A DNA stretch of 24,000 nucleotides from assembly GCF_988243245.1 (NCBI RefSeq), contig NZ_OZ547152.1; one strand, written 5' to 3'. Position 1 is the first letter of the stretch. Each line of letters starts with the position of its first letter. Made by a program: the position numbers and the translations under genes. Under the pieces are notes generated by a model. That model did not search any database, had not been told where the DNA came from, and saw only the letters and a list, made by a program, of their open reading frames with translations. Below are positions 1 through 11,200 of this stretch, piece by piece.

Positions 1-1
1 C

Positions 2-145
2 TACCACACACTGGGCATCAACAAATATCACTTACTTAATCTGCCCTATGACGCCCCGGAAAAACCGCTTGATGCGCCAGAACTGCTCGACTTTGCCCAG
101 CAGTATGCCTGCCAGAAAGGGTTAACCGCGACCTTACGAGGATAA
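2..145 (+). CDS. ybiY: C-terminal end of glycyl-radical-enzyme activating protein YbiY (5' truncated by window)
   Basis: Open frame from base 2 reads [47 protein letters not shown] ending at TAA 143-145, just upstream of the pflF-like gene. The layout matches the E. coli ybiY-ybiW pair. Confidence 0.8.
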
Positions 146-150
146 CAATC

Positions 151-2583
151 ATGACAACACTAAAACTGGATACGCTCAGCGACCGCATTAAAGCGCACAA
201 AAATGCGCTGGTGCATATTGTGAAACCGCCGGTCTGTACCGAACGAGCACAACACTATACCGAGATGTATCAACAACATCTCGATAAGCCAATCCCGGTA
301 CGTCGCGCGCTGGCACTGGCGCATCACCTGGCGAATCGCACCATCTGGATCAAGCACGATGAGTTGATCATTGGCAACCAGGCAAGCGAAGTTCGCGCCG
401 CGCCGATCTTCCCGGAATATACCGTCTCGTGGATCGAAAAAGAGATTGATGATCTGGCAGATCGTCCCGGTGCTGGTTTTGCGGTGAGCGAAGAGAACAA
501 ACGCGTTCTGCATGAAGTGTGCCCGTGGTGGCGCGGTCAGACCGTACAGGATCGCTGCTACGGCATGTTTACCGATGAGCAAAAAGGTCTGCTGGCGACC
601 GGAATCATTAAAGCGGAGGGCAATATGACCTCCGGCGATGCGCACCTGGCGGTCAATTTCCCGCTACTGCTGGAAAAAGGTCTTGATGGTCTGCGTGAGA
701 AAGTGGCGGAACGTCGCTCGCACATCAATCTGACGGTTCTGGAAGATCTGCACGGCGAGCAATTCCTGAAAGCGATTGATATCGTGCTGGTGGCAGTCAG
801 TGAACACATTGAACGTTTCGCTGCCCTGGCGCGTGAAATGGCCGCGACCGAAACCCGCGAAAGCCGTCGCGATGAACTGCTGACGATAGCAGAAAACTGC
901 GATCTTATCGCCCACCAGCCGCCGCAGACTTTCTGGCAGGCGCTGCAACTGTGCTACTTCATCCAGTTGATTTTGCAGATCGAATCTAACGGTCACTCGG
1001 TATCGTTTGGTCGTATGGACCAGTATCTCTACCCATACTATCGCCGTGACGTTGAACTGAACCAGACACTGGATCGCGAACACGCCATCGAGATGCTGCA
1101 TAGCTGCTGGCTGAAACTGCTGGAAGTGAACAAAATCCGCTCCGGCTCACACTCAAAAGCCTCTGCGGGAAGTCCGCTGTATCAGAACGTCACCATTGGC
1201 GGGCAAAATCTGGTTGATGGTCAACCGATGGACGCGGTAAATCCACTCTCTTATGCGATCCTCGAATCTTGCGGTCGCCTGCGTTCGACTCAGCCTAACC
1301 TCAGCGTGCGTTACCATGCGGGTATGAGTAACGATTTCCTCGACGCCTGTGTTCAGGTGATCCGCTGCGGCTTCGGGATGCCGGCGTTCAACAACGACGA
1401 AATCGTGATCCCGGAATTTATTAAACTCGGTATTGAACCGCAGGACGCTTACGACTACGCAGCAATTGGTTGTATCGAAACCGCCGTCGGTGGCAAATGG
1501 GGCTATCGCTGTACCGGCATGAGCTTTATCAACTTCGCCCGCGTGATGCTGGCGGCGCTGGAAGGTGGTCGTGATGCCACCAGCGGCAAAGTGTTCCTGC
1601 CACAAGCAAAAGCGTTGTCAGCGGGTAACTTCAACAACTTCGATGAAGTAATGGACGCATGGGATACGCAAATCCGTTACTACACGCGTAAATCAATCGA
1701 AATCGAATATGTCGTCGATACCATGCTGGAAGAGAACGTACACGATATTCTCTGCTCGGCGCTGGTCGATGACTGTATTGAGCGAGCGAAAAGTATCAAG
1801 CAAGGCGGCGCGAAATATGACTGGGTTTCTGGCCTGCAGGTCGGCATTGCTAACCTCGGCAACAGCCTGGCGGCAGTGAAGAAACTGGTATTTGAACAGG
1901 GCGCGATTGGTCAGCAACAGCTGGCTGCCGCACTGGCGGATGACTTCGACGGTCTGACTCACGAGCAGCTGCGTCAGCGGCTGATTAACGGTGCGCCGAA
2001 GTACGGCAACGACGATGATACTGTCGATACGCTGCTGGCTCGCGCTTATCAGACCTATATCGACGAACTGAAGCAGTACCATAACCCGCGCTACGGTCGT
2101 GGTCCGATTGGCGGCAACTATTATGCGGGCACATCGTCTATCTCCGCTAACGTACCGTTTGGCGCGCAGACGATGGCAACGCCGGACGGACGTAAAGCAC
2201 ATACCCCGCTGGCAGAAGGCGCTAGTCCGGCCTCCGGTACTGACCATCTCGGCCCTACTGCGGTCATTGGCTCGGTGGGTAAACTGCCTACGGCCGCGAT
2301 TCTCGGCGGCGTGCTGCTCAACCAGAAACTGAATCCAGCAACGCTGGAGAACGAATCTGACAAGCAGAAACTGATGATCCTGCTGCGCACCTTCTTCGAG
2401 GTGCATAAAGGCTGGCATATTCAGTACAACATCGTTTCCCGCGAAACGCTGCTGGAAGCGAAAAAACATCCGGAGCAGTACCGCGATCTGGTAGTGCGTG
2501 TCGCGGGCTATTCCGCCTTCTTCACCGCGCTCTCTCCAGACGCTCAGGACGATATCATCGCCCGTACTGAACATATGCTGTAA
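151..2583 (+). CDS. pflF: Putative formate acetyltransferase / glycyl radical enzyme PflF (YbiW), 810 aa
   Basis: Full-length ORF with the C-terminal glycyl-radical motif [11 protein letters not shown] and the central YAAIGCIE active-site region. Gene context matches E. coli. Confidence 0.93.
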   Translation: MTTLKLDTLSDRIKAHKNALVHIVKPPVCTERAQHYTEMYQQHLDKPIPVRRALALAHHLANRTIWIKHDELIIGNQASEVRAAPIFPEYTVSWIEKEIDDLADRPGAGFAVSEENKRVLHEVCPWWRGQTVQDRCYGMFTDEQKGLLATGIIKAEGNMTSGDAHLAVNFPLLLEKGLDGLREKVAERRSHINLTVLEDLHGEQFLKAIDIVLVAVSEHIERFAALAREMAATETRESRRDELLTIAENCDLIAHQPPQTFWQALQLCYFIQLILQIESNGHSVSFGRMDQYLYPYYRRDVELNQTLDREHAIEMLHSCWLKLLEVNKIRSGSHSKASAGSPLYQNVTIGGQNLVDGQPMDAVNPLSYAILESCGRLRSTQPNLSVRYHAGMSNDFLDACVQVIRCGFGMPAFNNDEIVIPEFIKLGIEPQDAYDYAAIGCIETAVGGKWGYRCTGMSFINFARVMLAALEGGRDATSGKVFLPQAKALSAGNFNNFDEVMDAWDTQIRYYTRKSIEIEYVVDTMLEENVHDILCSALVDDCIERAKSIKQGGAKYDWVSGLQVGIANLGNSLAAVKKLVFEQGAIGQQQLAAALADDFDGLTHEQLRQRLINGAPKYGNDDDTVDTLLARAYQTYIDELKQYHNPRYGRGPIGGNYYAGTSSISANVPFGAQTMATPDGRKAHTPLAEGASPASGTDHLGPTAVIGSVGKLPTAAILGGVLLNQKLNPATLENESDKQKLMILLRTFFEVHKGWHIQYNIVSRETLLEAKKHPEQYRDLVVRVAGYSAFFTALSPDAQDDIIARTEHML

Positions 2584-2592
2584 TCTCCTCAG

Positions 2593-2613
2593 CCCGGCGG
2601 CGTCGTCGCCGGG
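2593..2613. other. GC-rich hairpin in the pflF-ybiV intergenic region
   Basis: Inverted repeat CCCGGCG-gcgtcgt-CGCCGGG, not followed by a T-tract. Confidence 0.5.
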
Positions 2614-2728
2614 TCAAATCATTCACATCATCAATTCCGCTCTCACTTTCATTCGAAATATAATTTGTGCTCTGCGTCACATTGTTATTACACTGTTACG
2701 GTTTCATTTTCGAGCCAGGAGCACACCT

Positions 2729-3544
2729 ATGAGCGTAAAAGTTATCGTCACAGACATGGACGGTACTTTTCTTAACGACGCCAAAACGTACAACCAACCA
2801 CGTTTTATGGCGCAGTATCAGGAACTTAAAAAGCGCGGCATTGAGTTCGTTGTCGCCAGCGGTAATCAGTATTACCAGCTTATTTCGTTCTTTCCTGAGC
2901 TAAAGGATGAGATCTCTTTTGTCGCGGAAAACGGCGCACTGGTTTACGAACATGGCAAGCAGTTGTTCCACGGCGAACTGACCCGACATGAATCGCGGAT
3001 TGTTATTGGCGAGTTGCTAAAAGATAAGCAACTCAATTTTGTCGCCTGCGGTCTGCAAAGTGCATATGTCAGCGAAAATGCCCCCGAAGCATTCGTCGCA
3101 CTGATGGCAAAACACTACCATCGCCTGAAACCTGTAAAAGATTATCAGGAGATTGACGACGTACTGTTCAAGTTTTCGCTCAACCTGCCGGATGAACAAA
3201 TCCCGTTAGTGATCGACAAACTGCACATAGCGCTGGATGGCATTATGAAACCCGTCACCAGTGGTTTTGGCTTTATCGACTTGATTATTCCCGGTCTACA
3301 TAAAGCAAACGGTATTTCGCGGTTACTGAAACGCTGGGATCTGTCACCGCAAAATGTGGTAGCGATTGGCGACAGCGGTAACGATGCGGAGATGCTGAAA
3401 ATGGCGCGTTATTCCTTTGCGATGAGCAATGCTGCGGAAAACATTAAACAAATCGCCCGTTACGCTACCGATGATAATAATCATGAAGGCGCGCTGAATG
3501 TGATTCAGGCGGTGCTGGAAAATAAACCGCCGTTTAATCTTTGA
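2729..3544 (+). CDS. ybiV: HAD-superfamily sugar phosphatase YbiV, 271 aa
   Basis: HAD Cof-type motifs [10 protein letters not shown] and [13 protein letters not shown] at 2729 follows CAGGAG and gives the expected 271 aa, so the ORF-track start at 2498 is too early. Confidence 0.93.
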   Translation: MSVKVIVTDMDGTFLNDAKTYNQPRFMAQYQELKKRGIEFVVASGNQYYQLISFFPELKDEISFVAENGALVYEHGKQLFHGELTRHESRIVIGELLKDKQLNFVACGLQSAYVSENAPEAFVALMAKHYHRLKPVKDYQEIDDVLFKFSLNLPDEQIPLVIDKLHIALDGIMKPVTSGFGFIDLIIPGLHKANGISRLLKRWDLSPQNVVAIGDSGNDAEMLKMARYSFAMSNAAENIKQIARYATDDNNHEGALNVIQAVLENKPPFNL

Positions 3545-3586
3545 TTATCGCCAATTCAGTTTATTGAGAAAGTGCATGTCATTATG

Positions 3587-3683
3587 CCGGATACGGCGTA
3601 ACCGCCTTATTTGGCATACAAAATCATGAAAATTCAATATATTGCGATACACTACCAGGCCTGATAAGCGTAGCGCACCAGGC
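3587..3683. repeat. REP/PU-like repeat pair
   Basis: gccggatacggcgtaaccgcctta and ccaggcctgataagcgtagcgcaccaggca match the enterobacterial REP consensus pattern by eye. Confidence 0.5.
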
Positions 3684-3705
3684 AATCTTGCGTTTGTCAT
3701 CAGTT

Positions 3706-3736
3706 TCAGTAGCCCTGACCATATCAGGGCTACTGA
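3706..3736. terminator. Strong hairpin between convergent ybiV and ybiT, probable ybiT terminator
   Basis: TCAGTAGCCCTGA-ccata-TCAGGGCTACTGA, a 13-bp perfect stem just downstream of the ybiT stop. Confidence 0.6.
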
Positions 3737-3743
3737 TAATAAC

Positions 3744-5336
3744 TTACTCGATCCCTTTACTACGCAGGTAATCTTCGTAATTACCGCTAAAGTCGATCAC
3801 GCGTTCCGGGGTGATTTCCAGAATACGGGTCGCCAGGGAGCTTACAAACTCACGGTCGTGAGAAACAAAGATCAGCGTGCCCTGATACAGTTCCAGCGCC
3901 ATGTTCAGCGACTCGATGGATTCCATATCCAGGTGGTTGGTCGGTTCGTCCATGATCAGAATGTTCGGCTTCTGCATCATTAACTTACCAAACAGCATCC
4001 GCCCTTTCTCCCCACCGGAAAGCACTTTCGCTGGCTTTTTGATGTCGTCCTGGCTGAACAGTAAACGACCGAGAATGCTGCGTACCGCCTGCTCGTCATC
4101 GCCTTCCTGCTTCCACTGGCTCATCCATTCGAACACGGTCAGATCATTTTCGAACTCATATTCATGGTCCTGGGCGTAGTAACCAATGCGCGCGTTCTCA
4201 GACCATTTTACGGTGCCGCTGTCCGGTTGCAGATCGCCCACCAGCGTTTTCAGCAGCGTTGATTTACCGACGCCGTTGGTACCCAGTACAGCCAGTTTTT
4301 CACCCACTTCCAGCAGCAGGTTGAGATTTTTAAACAGTGGACCGTTATCAAACCCTTTAGTCAGACCTTCCACTTCCAGCGCGTTACGGAACAGTTTCTT
4401 ATCCTGTTCAAAACGGATGAACGGGTTCTGACGGCTGGAGGCTTTCACCTCTTCCAGTTTGATTTTATCAATCTGGCGCGCGCGCGAAGTTGCCTGGCGA
4501 GATTTCGAGGCGTTGGCGCTAAAGCGGCTAACGAAAGATTGCAACTCAGCAATCTGCGCTTTCTTCTTGGCGTTATCAGCCAGCAGACGTTCACGCGCCT
4601 GAGTCGCCGCCGTCATGTACTCATCGTAGTTGCCCGGATAAACGCGCAGCTCGCCGTAATCCAGATCCGCCATGTGGGTACAAACCATGTTAAGGAAGTG
4701 ACGGTCGTGCGAGATGATGATCATGGTGCTGTCACGCTCGTTCAGCACCTGTTCCAGCCAGCGAATGGTGTCGATGTCGAGGTTGTTGGTCGGTTCGTCG
4801 AGCAGGAGAATGTCCGGATCAGCAAACAGCGCCTGCGCCAGCAGCACACGCAGCTTCCAGCCAGGAGCAACTTCACTCATCGGGCCGTAGTGCTGTTCCA
4901 CTGGAATTCCCACGCCAAGCAACAGTTCACCAGCGCGAGCTTCCGCAGAGTAACCGTCCATTTCGCCGTATTTCACTTCCAGATCGGCCACTTTATAGCC
5001 GTCTTCTTCACTCATTTCCGGCAAAGCATAGATGCGGTCACGTTCCTGCTTCACTTCCCACAACTCTTTATGCCCCATGATCACCGTATCCAGCACAGTG
5101 AACTCTTCAAAGGCAAACTGATCCTGACGCAGCTTACCAATGCGCTCATTGGGATCGAGGGAAACGTTACCCAACGTCGGCTCTAAGTCGCCGCCGAGGA
5201 TCTTCATAAAGGTGGATTTACCACTACCGTTCGCGCCAATCAGGCCGTAACGGTTGCCGCCGCCGAATTTGACGGAAATGTTTTCAAACAACGGCTTACT
5301 GCCGAACTGCATGGTGACGTTACTGGAAACTAACAC
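3744..5336 (-). CDS. ybiT: ABC-F family ATPase YbiT, 530 aa
   Basis: Two Walker A motifs ([18 protein letters not shown]), signature motifs SGGEKGR and APGWKLRV, and ABC-F linker region. Length matches E. coli YbiT. Confidence 0.95.
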
Positions 5337-5554
5337 AGGCGTATCCTGAAAAGAGATATGACAAACCGCGCATTATGCCATAAGTCTGAAAGAAGATCCT
5401 GCTCCTCGCTTAAGGTCTACACTCAAGCCAAAGGCAAAAAATGTGATTTCGTACACATCTGATTTCACTGTGAGCTGGAATGAACTTATAATGCGCTTCC
5501 AATACTCTAATATTCTCAACCCAATGGCCTGCCAGGCACAAAATCTCGCTTAAC

Positions 5555-6475
5555 ATGAATATGAAATTGAAAACATTATTCGCAGCGGCCTTCGCTGTTG
5601 TCGGCTTTTGCAGTACCGCCTCTGCGGTAACTTATCCTCTGCCAACCGACGGGAGTCGCCTGGTTGGTCAGAATCAGGTGATCACCATTCCTGAAGGTAA
5701 CACTCAGCCGCTGGAGTATTTTGCCGCCGAGTACCAGATGGGACTTTCCAATATGATGGAAGCGAACCCGGGTGTGGATACCTTCCTGCCGAAAGGCGGT
5801 ACTGTACTGAACATTCCGCAGCAGCTGATCCTGCCGGATACCGTTCATGAAGGCATCGTCATTAACAGTGCAGAGATGCGTCTGTATTACTATCCGAAAG
5901 GGACCAACACCGTTATCGTGCTGCCGATCGGCATTGGTCAGTTAGGCAAAGACACGCCTATCAACTGGACCACCAAAGTTGAGCGTAAAAAAGCAGGCCC
6001 GACCTGGACGCCGACCGCTAAAATGCACGCAGAGTACCGCGCTGCGGGCGAACCGCTTCCGGCGGTCGTTCCGGCTGGTCCGGATAACCCGATGGGGCTG
6101 TATGCACTCTACATCGGTCGCCTGTACGCTATCCATGGCACCAACGCCAACTTCGGTATCGGCCTGCGTGTAAGTCATGGTTGTGTGCGTCTGCGTAACG
6201 AAGACATCAAATTCCTGTTCGAGAAAGTACCGGTCGGTACCCGCGTACAGTTTATTGATGAGCCGGTAAAAGCGACCACCGAGCCAGACGGCAGCCGTTA
6301 TATTGAAGTCCATAACCCGCTGTCTACAACCGAAGCCCAGTTTGAAGGTCAGGAAATTGTGCCAATTACCCTGACGAAGAGCGTGCAGACAGTGACCGGT
6401 CAGCCAGATGTTGACCAGGTTGTTCTGGATGAAGCGATCAAAAATCGTTCCGGGATGCCGGTTCGTCTGAATTAA
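5555..6475 (+). CDS. ldtB: L,D-transpeptidase LdtB (YbiS/ErfK family), 306 aa
   Basis: Signal peptide plus YkuD catalytic motif [21 protein letters not shown]. Confidence 0.95.
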
Positions 6476-6492
6476 TCTTCAAAACGTAAAGC

Positions 6493-6519
6493 AAAGGCGG
6501 ACTCATAATCCGCCTTTTT
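6493..6519 (+). terminator. Rho-independent terminator downstream of ldtB
   Basis: AAAGGCGGA-ctcataa-TCCGCCTTT followed by TT. Confidence 0.75.
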
Positions 6520-6532
6520 AATTTGACAGACC

Positions 6533-7651
6533 TTATCCCGCCGGGATCATAACCAACAAAACATATCCCACCAGCGCCGCCCACAACAGCATCGGTATCG
6601 AATAAAGATGAAAACGCCACCAGATACGGCGATCGTTCGCCATCCGTAACGCAATCAAATTTGCCAGCGATCCGGGTAATAAACCAAAGCCCCCCACGTT
6701 TACCGCCCATGCCAGTAATAAAGACGGTGGCACATAATTGAGCAGCAAAATGGTACTCGGCACGTTACTGATCACCTGCGATAAACCGATCGCCGTTAAC
6801 CATAATCCGGGTTCGGATAAATGACTCACGTTACTTAACACCCCCTGCAAAACTGGCAGTTGGGTTAGTAAATGGACGTCGATAAACATCGCCATAAACA
6901 CCAGCAGCAGCGTCCAGTCCACACTGAGCACCACACGACGCGCCAGCAGCGCAAAGCCCGCCGCCACAATCACCAGTCCCCACAGCTCTTGTTTTAACTC
7001 CAGCGCCGTCAGAAAGACGATATACAGCCCCAGACAACTCCACACCAGCCGCGGTTTCCACTCCGGCGTTTGCACCCCCGTATGGTATTGCAGCGCCTTT
7101 CCAGGGAAACAACACCAGCACAACAGCAGGAGTGTCAGCATCATTGCGCCAGCCAGCGGTGCCATTTGGGCAATAAATCCGGCAAACGAAAGACCAGAAC
7201 GTCCCCAGATAAGAATATTTTGCGGGTTGCCAATTGGCGTCAGTAGCGAACCAGCGTTGACTGCCAGCGCCTCAAAAATAATCAGCCGATTAACCGGAAT
7301 CTCACACAGTCTTTTTAGCGTGATAGTCAGCGGAACAACTATAAACAGTGCGACATCGTTGGTCAGAAAGGTAGAAAGCAGCGCTGCCGCCAGTACCATA
7401 AACATCGCCAGCCGACGCTCCGTAGCAAAACGGCGCACCATTTTGCGCCCCAGCACATCAAAATAACCGCTTAACTCGACACCTTTGGTCAGCAGCATCA
7501 GGCCGCTTAAGGTGATGATGGTGTGCCAGTCGATAGCAGCAGGCCAGGATTTCGGTGCAAAGGGAACGAAAAAACTTAATCCGATGCCAACAAGAATTAA
7601 TAACTGAAAAAAACGATCGCCTTGCAGCGTGCGTAAAAAAGGCAGGCTCAT
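6533..7651 (-). CDS. ybiR: Putative anion/arsenite-type membrane transporter YbiR, 372 aa
   Basis: Multi-helix protein with [14 protein letters not shown] and [14 protein letters not shown] motifs of the ArsB/NhaD-type permease family. Follows mntR as in E. coli. Confidence 0.88.
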
Positions 7652-8115
7652 TTGGCACCGTGTTTCTGGGTAAACAAACGAAAGGCATCCAGCGTCTCTT
7701 CACTAACATGGTGCTCCATACCTTCCGCGTCGCGACGGGCGATTTCCGGACTGACGCCCAACACCAACAAGAAATTTTCGACTATCTGATGTCGCTCGCG
7801 GCTTTCCTGCGCCAGCTTCTCTCCTTCTGCCGTTAAAAACACGCCACGCCAGGGGATCATTTCAATCAGCCCCATGGTTGCCAGTCGCTTAAGCATTTTA
7901 GCCACCGTCGGTTGCGAAACCCCCAGACGAGCAGCCATGTCCACCTGACGAGCTTCCCCCACTTCCCTGATCAAGTCAGAAATCAGCTCAACGTAATCAT
8001 CAATCAGCTCGCGCCGATGCGCCTCTCTGACCTGGCGGAACCCTTCAACGTGCTCTTCCACGTTCACTAACTGCGTCACTTTTTTTGCTGTTGGCGTACC
8101 TGCGCGACGACTCAT
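7648..8115 (-). CDS. mntR: Manganese-responsive transcriptional regulator MntR, 155 aa
   Basis: DtxR/MntR family: winged [27 protein letters not shown] followed by the metal-binding dimerisation domain with HHVSEE. Confidence 0.93.
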
Positions 8116-8224
8116 TGTGCTTCCTCATTATGGTGACGCATACATAGCGTTCTCATTTCGTGCGCACATTGTAAACCAGAGTTGCGAGGGTACAAAAAAT
8201 TAACGTTTTAGCAATAGCTATATA

Positions 8225-8242
8225 ATATAGCCTGTGCTATAT
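8225..8242. promoter_or_regulatory. Probable MntR operator upstream of mntS
   Basis: Perfect palindrome ATATAGC-ctgt-GCTATAT directly upstream of a TATAAT -10 (8248-8253). Site type matches the known MntR box. Confidence 0.7.
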
Positions 8243-8300
8243 CTGTATATAATGCAATCATCCCTCAAGGATCGATGGGATTAGCAAGTAAGGAGGTCTT

Positions 8301-8429
8301 ATGAATGAGTTCAAGAGGTGTATGCGCGTGTTTAGTCATTCTCCCTTTAAAGTACGGTTAATGCTGCTCTCTATGTTGTGCGATATGGTCAACAACAAAC
8401 CGCAGCAGGATAAACCTTCCGATAAATAG
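8301..8429 (+). CDS. mntS: Small protein MntS, 42 aa (rybA locus)
   Basis: AAGGAGG RBS then ATG; translation MNEFKRCMRVFSHSPFKVRLMLLSMLCDMVNNKPQQDKPSDK*. Below the ORF-track size cutoff. Confidence 0.92.
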   Translation: MNEFKRCMRVFSHSPFKVRLMLLSMLCDMVNNKPQQDKPSDK

Positions 8430-8700
8430 CGGCGTCGCGGTACGCCGCTTCACTCCTGCTTTTATGCAGGCACAACGCGTTTTGGTCTGAAAAACCCCAC
8501 TTTTTGTCGGATTTGCAATCCCCTTCGCAAAAGATTTGTTCGTCGGTAGTTGACCTGAACAGCAGCTCGCTCTATCTTCTTGCAGCCCTGCGTATATTGC
8601 GGCTCGCGGATGCGGACCCCTTTCCCCTCTTCACGCACTCTTGCAGGTATTGACCCTTGACGCCAGGGTAAGCACATGGCGTTTGTTACGATAGTGGCAT

Positions 8701-10284
8701 ATGAATTTAACCCTCAAAGAATCGCTTGTTACCCGTAGCCGGGTATTTAGCCCGTGGACTGCGTTCTACTTTTTACAGTCGCTATTAATTAACCTCGGCT
8801 TAGGTTACCCCTTCAGTTTGCTCTACACCGCTGCGTTTACGGCTATTTTGCTTTTGCTATGGCGAACATTGCCTCGCGTACAAAAAGTTCTGGTCGGTAT
8901 CAGCTCGCTGGTGGCGGCTTGTTATTTCCCTTTTGCTCAGGCCTACGGCGCGCCTAACTTCAATACATTGCTGGCATTGCACTCCACCAATATGGAAGAG
9001 TCGACCGAAATCCTGACGATTTTTCCATGGTACAGCTACCTGGTCGGCATATTTATTTTTGCGCTCGGCGTAATAGCGATCAGGCGAAAAAAAGAGAGTG
9101 AAAAAGCGCGCTGGAATACCTTCGACAGCCTGTGCCTGGTATTCAGTGTAGCGACATTTTTTGTTGCTCCCGTGCAAAACCTGGCCTGGGGCGGCGTATT
9201 TAAACTGAAAGATACTGGCTATCCGGTATTTCGTTTTGCTAAGGATGTCATCGTCAATAATAACGAGGTGATTGAAGAGCAAGAACGGATGGCAAAACTT
9301 TCCGGAATGAAAGATACCTGGACGGTCACTGCCGTTAAGCCGAAGTATCAGACCTATGTGGTGGTGATCGGAGAAAGCGCGCGTCGCGATGCCCTCGGTG
9401 CCTTTGGCGGTCACTGGGACAATACCCCGTTTGCCAGCAGCGTTAACGGTTTGATATTTGCTGACTACATTGCCGCCAGTGGCTCGACGCAGAAATCGCT
9501 TGGCTTAACGCTCAATCGCGTTGTCGATGGCAAACCACAGTTTCAGGATAACTTTGTCACCCTGGCAAATCGCGCGGGCTTCCAGACCTGGTGGTTTTCC
9601 AACCAGGGTCAAATCGGCGAATACGATACCGCCATCGCCAGCATCGCCAAACGAGCAGATGAAGTGTACTTCCTGAAAGAAGGTAATTTTGAAGCAGATA
9701 AAAACACGAAAGACGAAGCGTTACTGGATATGACCGCTCAAGTGCTGGCGCAAGAGCACTCGCAACCACAGCTGATTGTTCTACATCTGATGGGCTCGCA
9801 TCCGCAGGCCTGCGACCGGACACAAGGAAAATACGAAACCTTTGTGCAATCGAAAGAAACGTCGTGCTATCTCTATACCATGACGCAAACAGACGATTTA
9901 CTGCGCAAGCTGTACGATCAGTTACGCAACAGCGGCAGCAGCTTCTCGCTGGTTTACTTTTCTGACCACGGTCTGGCCTTTAAAGAGCGCGGCAAAGACG
10001 TGCAATACCTTGCTCATGATGATAAGTATCAGCAAAATTTCCAGGTGCCTTTTATGGTCATTTCCAGCGACGATAAAGCGCATCGGGTGATTAAAGCCCG
10101 CCGCTCTGCCAATGACTTCTTAGGCTTTTTCTCGCAGTGGACGGGAATTAAAGCGAAGGAAATAAATATCAAATACCCGTTTATTTCTGAGAAGAAAGCC
10201 GGGCCGATATACATCACCAACTTCCAGTTACAGAAGGTGGATTACAACCATCTCGGAACCGATAATTTCGACCCGAAACCTTAA
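8701..10284 (+). CDS. opgE: Phosphoethanolamine transferase OpgE (YbiP), 527 aa
   Basis: N-terminal membrane helices plus sulfatase-fold domain (VVVIGESARRDALGAFGG, HLMGSHP, VYFSDHGLAF). Context matches E. coli ybiP. Confidence 0.92.
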   Translation: MNLTLKESLVTRSRVFSPWTAFYFLQSLLINLGLGYPFSLLYTAAFTAILLLLWRTLPRVQKVLVGISSLVAACYFPFAQAYGAPNFNTLLALHSTNMEESTEILTIFPWYSYLVGIFIFALGVIAIRRKKESEKARWNTFDSLCLVFSVATFFVAPVQNLAWGGVFKLKDTGYPVFRFAKDVIVNNNEVIEEQERMAKLSGMKDTWTVTAVKPKYQTYVVVIGESARRDALGAFGGHWDNTPFASSVNGLIFADYIAASGSTQKSLGLTLNRVVDGKPQFQDNFVTLANRAGFQTWWFSNQGQIGEYDTAIASIAKRADEVYFLKEGNFEADKNTKDEALLDMTAQVLAQEHSQPQLIVLHLMGSHPQACDRTQGKYETFVQSKETSCYLYTMTQTDDLLRKLYDQLRNSGSSFSLVYFSDHGLAFKERGKDVQYLAHDDKYQQNFQVPFMVISSDDKAHRVIKARRSANDFLGFFSQWTGIKAKEINIKYPFISEKKAGPIYITNFQLQKVDYNHLGTDNFDPKP

Positions 10285-10289
10285 AACAA

Positions 10290-10317
10290 AAAAATCCGCC
10301 CCGAGAGGCGGATTTTT
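10290..10317. terminator. Bidirectional terminator shared by convergent opgE and ompX
   Basis: AAAAATCCGCC-ccgaga-GGCGGATTTTT, A/T tracts on both sides. Confidence 0.85.
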
Positions 10318-10332
10318 ATATCACCGAAGTGA

Positions 10333-10848
10333 TTAGAAACGGTAACCAACACCGGCAATCCAGGTGCCTACGTCAACGCTACGAATACGGCTCTGCTCGT
10401 AAGAGAAGTCCAGAGCAACGTTTTCCATCGGGTTGAACTGCAGACCAGCACCGTAGGAGAAACCGTAGTCGCTGGTGTCGTGTTTGTAGGTCGGGTATTC
10501 AGTGGTCTGGAATTTACCATAACCCACACCCACTACACCGTAGATGCTTGCCCAGTCGTTAATGCGGTAAGCCGGACCAGCAGTGATGCCGTAGTACTGG
10601 TTTTTGTTGTAGTCACCAGAGCTTGCAGTACGGCTTTTCTCGGTGTAAGTGAAAGAACCGATCACACCCAGCGGGCTGTTGTCTTCTTCATAGCGGTATT
10701 TCAGGTTGAAACCGCCCATTTTGTTCATTTGGCCCTGAGCGTCGCTCTGTGCGTAACCGCCAGTTACAGTAGAAGTCGCAGCTACGGAAGTACCTGCGGT
10801 GAAAGCCAGAACTGCGGCCAGTGCTGAAAGACATGCAATTTTTTTCAT
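10333..10848 (-). CDS. ompX: Outer membrane protein OmpX, 171 aa
   Basis: Signal peptide MKKIACLSALAAVLAFTAGTSVAA and an OmpX/Ail beta-barrel ending GVGYRF. Start taken as the MKK methionine, two codons inside the ORF-track start. Confidence 0.97.
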   Translation of the reverse strand: MKKIACLSALAAVLAFTAGTSVAATSTVTGGYAQSDAQGQMNKMGGFNLKYRYEEDNSPLGVIGSFTYTEKSRTASSGDYNKNQYYGITAGPAYRINDWASIYGVVGVGYGKFQTTEYPTYKHDTSDYGFSYGAGLQFNPMENVALDFSYEQSRIRSVDVGTWIAGVGYRF

Positions 10849-11200
10849 AACCACCTCAAATGTGATTCAAATAAGTCCTAAGTTTTAAATATATCAAAAA
10901 TTAATGGGAAACTCTTCGCGATTTATGATGTCTAACGGGCCATTTCATGTAACAGAACGTTTCCATACACCGCTATCCATCTAAATTTAAATCACTTTTT
11001 CAGAGAACTGCGTAAGTATTACGCATGTTTTCCCTGTCATTCATCCAGATTATTCCTAATCACCAGACTAATGATTCCATCAATCCTGGCGCATTTTAGT
11101 CAAAACGGGGGAAAATTTTTTCAACAAATGCTCAACCAGCATTGGGTATATCCAGTACACTCCACGCTTTACTTAGGTTTAGATATTTGTGGGAGAAAGG

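Noticed and set aside
160-2574. Several long ORFs opposite or shifted relative to pflF (161, 145, 150 and 293 aa on the minus strand)
   Set aside because: They are antisense shadows of a strongly supported 810-aa enzyme gene, with no family resemblance or RBS. The same applies to antisense ORFs over ybiT, ldtB, ybiR, opgE, rhtA, dps and glnH.
3744-5336. YbiT as an antibiotic-resistance ABC-F protein
   Set aside because: Sequence and neighbourhood are those of the ordinary housekeeping E. coli ybiT, with nothing indicating acquired resistance.
10480-10827. 115-aa plus-strand ORF over ompX
   Set aside because: Fully antisense to ompX and cysteine/valine-rich shadow coding.
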